This document shows positions 59,285 to 64,000 of a stretch of DNA of 64,000 bases, piece by piece. Numbering within the stretch: the stretch's first letter is position 1; each line of letters begins with the position of its first letter. A program made the position numbers and the translations under genes. Under the pieces are notes generated by a model. The model searched no databases and was not told the origin of the DNA. It saw only the letters and a program-made list of their open reading frames with translations. The DNA comes from Selaginella moellendorffii (lineage: Eukaryota > Plantae > Lycopodiophyta), in assembly GCF_000143415.4 (NCBI RefSeq), contig NW_003314265.1, positions 1,964,777 to 2,028,776 on the forward strand, in the 5' to 3' direction.

Positions 59285-62200
59285 ATGCTGAGGAAGGCCT
59301 CCTCCAAATTAGATCTGGCTCGTCCTCCTGGAGGAGGAGCTGCCAGGCACCGGCTCGACTTCGACAGGCCCAAGCCTTTCCCGATGAGCTTTGGGCTCAT
59401 GGGCGCTGCTGTCGGGGACAAGGCCAAGACGAAGAAGATCGCCCCCTCCTCGAGGAGCAATTTGATCGCGAGGCCCGAGAGCTTCCGGCAACTTGCTGCC
59501 GAGGTGATTGTGGTGGCAATTGACGGGAGCAAGAGCATCACGAGGCATGCTCTTGAGTGGGCTCTATCGAATGTGGTCCAGCCCGGGGATAGGATCATCC
59601 TGCTAGCGCTGCTTCCTTCCAGCTCCGGTAAGCGTTTCAAGCGTTTTTTTCTTTCTTCTTCTTCTTTTTTCTCGTATTCTGGCCGGTGATTGCTTAACTG
59701 GTTTGGGTTGTTTCTAGGATGGAAGTTTTGGAAATTTGCGAAATTCGCCCGCGATTCTTCGACGAAGGACAAGATCCGGCAGGAGGAAACGCGGAAGTCT
59801 TGCCAGTGTATGATGGAGCAGCTTCAAAGCCTTTTTGATGCGAAGAAGGTGAGTACTTCACGATTCCGTTATAAGCTTTTCTATACCGACGGGATCGATT
59901 GCGACAGGTACAAACGACCGTGAAGATTTATCCTTCGGCAGAGAAAGGAGCAACGACGATCGAAGCGAAGAAACTTCAGGCTACATGGGTTGTACTTGAC
60001 AGGTACGTTACTCGAAAGTTTTTCCGTTTTTCTACGTAGATTTACGGTGGAAATTTTCTTTTTCAGGCACTTGAAGAAGGAAGAAAAGAGGTGCTCAGAC
60101 AACTTACAGTGCAATTTGGTCATTGTGGATCGCTACAATCCCAAGATACTCCGGCTCAATCTCAAGCAATCTCCAGAAGCGACGCCATTAGAAAAGGCCG
60201 CAGTTCCACCACCGTTGGCAAAGCAGGCTGAAACTCCCGCAAGCAGTCCCGATGTAGGAACGCCTTTCACATCTACCAGCAGAGGAAATTCATCATGCTC
60301 CGAGTCCAGCACCTCCCCATTCTCAGGCACAGAACCTGGCAGCTATCAAACGACTACTCCTGAAAGCTTTGGTGTGACCATCGAGGACGTACGTCGTCCG
60401 GAATATGGTGCGTCAGAATCCGATAGCGACGACCCGACGGTTGTCCCAAGACGGTGGAGAAACTCATCCAGGAATCTCTCGACTAAGGACCACTCCAAGA
60501 ACAAAGAATACAAGGAGGCACGACAAGCTGAAGGTACTTCCACTTGTGTTTGTGTGAATCATGCTAATTAGGACTCCTTCAGGTAAGAGAAGCAGCACAC
60601 CAGTTCAAAGAGCAAGAATCAGTCCAATCAAGCAACGGATTTCTTCAGATTCCCGGTTGTCTACAAGTATGAGAGAGGGCGGCTCCAGGCAAAGCTTGAA
60701 AACTATTCTGAACCCTGCCGCTCCGCGATTAAGCAGCAGTGGTACTGCTCCGAAGCTAGCGCTGTCTGATTTGCTCACATCCTGCAAGCTCAGCTCAGAA
60801 CTGGACGAGAGAAACAACCGGCCAAATTGCGAAGAAGCCACAAGCATAAGAAGAGCTGTGTCTTTGACGACACACTCTCCGTTGGAGCCACCACCTCTGT
60901 GCTCGATCTGCCAGCACAAAGCACCTGTCTTCGGCCGACCTCCCAGAGAGTTCACGTTCGAAGAGCTCGAGCTCGCCACAGGTGGTTTCTCCCAGGCAAA
61001 CTTTCTGGCGGAAGGTGGCTTTGGCTCGGTGCACAGAGGCGTTCTTCCTGAAGGCCAAGTCGTTGCGGTTAAGCAGCACAAGCTCGCGAGCTCGCAAGGC
61101 GACGTCGAATTCTGTTCAGAGGTTGAGGTTTTGAGCTGTGCTCAACACCGAAACGTTGTCATGCTTATCGGCTACTGCATGGAGGACAGCAGGCGTCTTT
61201 TGGTCTACGAGTTTATATGCAATAATTCTTTGGATGCTCATCTTTACGGTAAGTTCTTCTGTTTTGTTTTTTTCCTTTTGCTAACGATGCCAAGTTCCTG
61301 CAGGTAAAACCATGGATCCACTGGAGTGGAAATACAGACAAAGGGTTGCTATCGGTGCTGCTCGAGGATTACGGTATCTGCACGAGGAATGCCGGGTCGG
61401 CTGCATAGTTCACAGAGACATGCGTCCTAACAACATTCTTCTAACACATGACTACGAACCTATGGTAAGTTACATTGTTATGAAAGAGCACGCGTGATGT
61501 TCCGGTTTTGTTCCAGGTTGGTGATTTTGGTCTAGCTAGATGGCAACCAGATGGAGAACTTGGAGTTGAAACCCGCGTTATTGGCACCTTCGGGTAAGGT
61601 TTTAAAATCGTTACGTGAAACAAAACTTAGCTATGGTATGGACTCTGCTCTGTCAGGTATTTAGCACCTGAATATACTCAAAGTGGTCAGATCACAGAAA
61701 AGGCAGACGTTTACTCGTTTGGAATAGTGCTCTTGGAGCTTGTAACTGGCCGCAAGGCCATCGACATTTCGCGTCCAAAGGGTCAGCAATGCCTCACGGA
61801 ATGGGTAAGTTCTTGAGCTGGTCTCTCACAGCCTTTCTCTAATATGTTCGTGTGATTTGTTCTAGGCTCGTCCATTGTTGAGAAAACGAGTCTACCGGGA
61901 GCTAGTCGACCCCAAACTTTGCGGCGAGTTTGAGAAGGACGAGGTGACCTGTATGCTCCATGCTGCTTTCCTGTGCATATCACGGGATCCAAACACACGG
62001 CCACGGATGTCCCAGGTATGGTTTGTTTTCCATTCGCATCTAGCATCAACTTCGAGCGAGTTCTCACGACACAAACGAAAACGAAACAGGTTCTTCGGAT
62101 TCTCGAGGGCGAGATGATAATCGACCCGGCTCCAGCCTCATCTCTCAGCGACGAAGATATCCCTTCCAGGCCAGTGAGCGAGCCGACGCGGCGGTCGACG

Positions 62201-62386
62201 AGCGCCATCTCCAGCCGGAAGAACAGGTACATTCCCAGCAGCGTCGGCCACTACAGCTCGGGAGCTGCCAAGGAAGATGGAGCTCTCGCAAGGCCAAACT
62301 CTGGCAACTTGACACTAGAAGAGCTCAAGGCTGCGTATCGACACAAGCTCGGTCATCGCAGGCTCTCCCTGGGCGATGCTTTGTAA
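59285..62386 (+). CDS. USP/adenine-nucleotide-alpha-hydrolase-domain receptor-like cytoplasmic kinase, multi-exon; start uncertain
   Basis: IVVAID.SK.I...[14 protein letters not shown]; [19 protein letters not shown]; [26 protein letters not shown]; VAVK; HRDMRPNN; DFG; YLAPEY. Confidence 0.9.
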
Positions 62387-62574
62387 CATAGCATTGTGAT
62401 TTTGCGCTTATATTCTATGTAAATTGCGAAGAGATGATTTTGTTAGTATTCTTTTTCGGCGGTCCAGATTATGTTCTTTCTTGTTTTTGACGGTTGGGAT
62501 CTGCTGACGATGCTGCCACGTTGGCACAAAAGAATTTTCTGACACGTGGCAGGATTCTCTAGGGTTTATCGGCA

Positions 62575-64000
62575 ATGGGGACAGTGGTGGAGAGCGCCAC
62601 TGAGCAAGCGAAGACGCTCGTGGCGGCGCTGTGCAGGCAGTTCTATGGCCTCGGCTGGGTGTCTGGAACTGGCGGAGGTGTTACTCTCAAGGTGGAGGAT
62701 CCGCAGCTCCCCATGGCCGATCGCTTGATCGTCATGGCTCCCTCAGGTAAAATTTCTGCGATGCGATGCGAGCATTGTGATCTTGGGATTCGTTTCGATC
62801 TCCCAGGAGTCCAGAAGGAAAAGATGAATGCGGAGGATATGTATGTGCTGGATAAGAATGGGGCCGTCCTCTCCACACCACTGCCATTGCCTCCTCCTCA
62901 CAAGCCGCCCAAATGCACGGACTGTGCTCCTCTTTTCATGAAGGTTCTAAAGCTTCTTCTTTTACTTTTTTTTTTATTCTTTCTTCTCATGAGACTTGGA
63001 TTCGTGACTTAGGCGTACACGATGAGGAATGCTGGAGCTGTGATTCACAGCCATGGAATGGAGAGCTGTCTCGTGACCATGATCGATCCCGGTGCCAAAG
63101 AGTTTCGGGTAATACTTTTCTTTTTCTCTTTTTATTCATTTGAGCTCCATCTCGTGTGGCTGCTGTAGATCACTCACATGGAGATGATCAAAGGAATCAA
63201 AGGGCATGGTTACTACGACGAGCTTGTAGTCCCGATCATTGAAAACTCTGCGTATGAATACGAGCTCACGGACTCCTTAGCAGCAGCCGTGAGTAAAAGC
63301 TCGTTCGTTTCTCACTGTTGTCTTTCTGATTCGTGTTTTGCTGGAAGATTGCCGCTTATCCACGAACGACGGCGGTGTTAGTGAGAAACCATGGGATTTA
63401 CGTCTGGGGTGACTCGTGGATCAGTGCTAAAACTCAGGTGATAGTATTTTTGCCAGCTTGACTCTTAATCTTTTGCGAAACAGGCAGAATGCTACCATTA
63501 TCTTTTTGACGCCGCACTTAAGCTTCGCCAGTTTGGCCTCGACCATACAAACCCCTTGCATGGACCAGTGAAGAAACTCAGCCTTGCAGCTCCAAAGAAA
63601 AACTATCCCGTAAGAAATACTGTCCATTTATGCGGCTTTTATCAAATGTTTTTCTTCTGCTTTGCAGCGTGTGATTTTACTTGATATTGAAGGCACCACC
63701 ACTCCCATATCGTTCGTGACGGACGTTTTGTTTCCCTATGCGCGTGACAATGTGGGAAAACACCTCTCAGCCACTTACGATTCGAAGGAGACTCAAGATG
63801 ATCTAGAACTTCTCAGGCAACAGGCAAGATTTCAATGGTTTTGGTGGCAGCAGAAATCAAGCTCTCGTGTTATGACAAGCAGGCTTCTAAAGACACGAAG
63901 GAGGGAAACGTGCAAGCGCAGCTCATTCCTCCAAGTGATGCTCCTAAGGACGAAGTCATTGCGGCAGCGGAGCGTAACGTTCTCGCCATGATTGCTGCCG
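62575..64000 (+). CDS. DEP1: Bifunctional methylthioribulose-1-phosphate dehydratase/enolase-phosphatase E1 (partial, runs off window)
   Basis: [49 protein letters not shown], then HAD domain [22 protein letters not shown]. Confidence 0.94.

Overview
Gene-dense land-plant nuclear DNA with very short (about 45-90 nt) introns. This compactness and the S-motif-rich PLS-PPR gene suggest a lycophyte such as Selaginella (inference). Conserved genes occupy both ends. Left: APE2, plastid prfB, a TL17.9/DUF1499-like gene, PRP18, two WD40 genes and RPL37. Right: RAD50, a PLS-PPR gene, XLG, a USP-domain RLCK kinase and DEP1/mtnBC. Between them (about 11.4-45.7 kb) lies an accessory island built from about 2.5 tandem mosaic units of gene fragments (RAD50 3' end, prfB, APE2, germin-like, KANSL3-like hydrolase, CDKG). 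The two fuller units each carry a TORNADO1-type LRR-Roc-COR (ROCO) gene. Copy 1 (14569-18328) looks intact. Copy 2 lost its Roc domain and was split by a Ty1/copia element and a Ty3 chromovirus. The Ty3 contains a non-autonomous large-LTR element, which in turn holds a solo LTR of its own family and a young 5S-bearing Cassandra element. The most striking signal is that the two ROCO paralogs are nearly identical except for short hypervariable patches at and just after the LRR beta-strands. This is the pattern seen in diversifying immune receptors.
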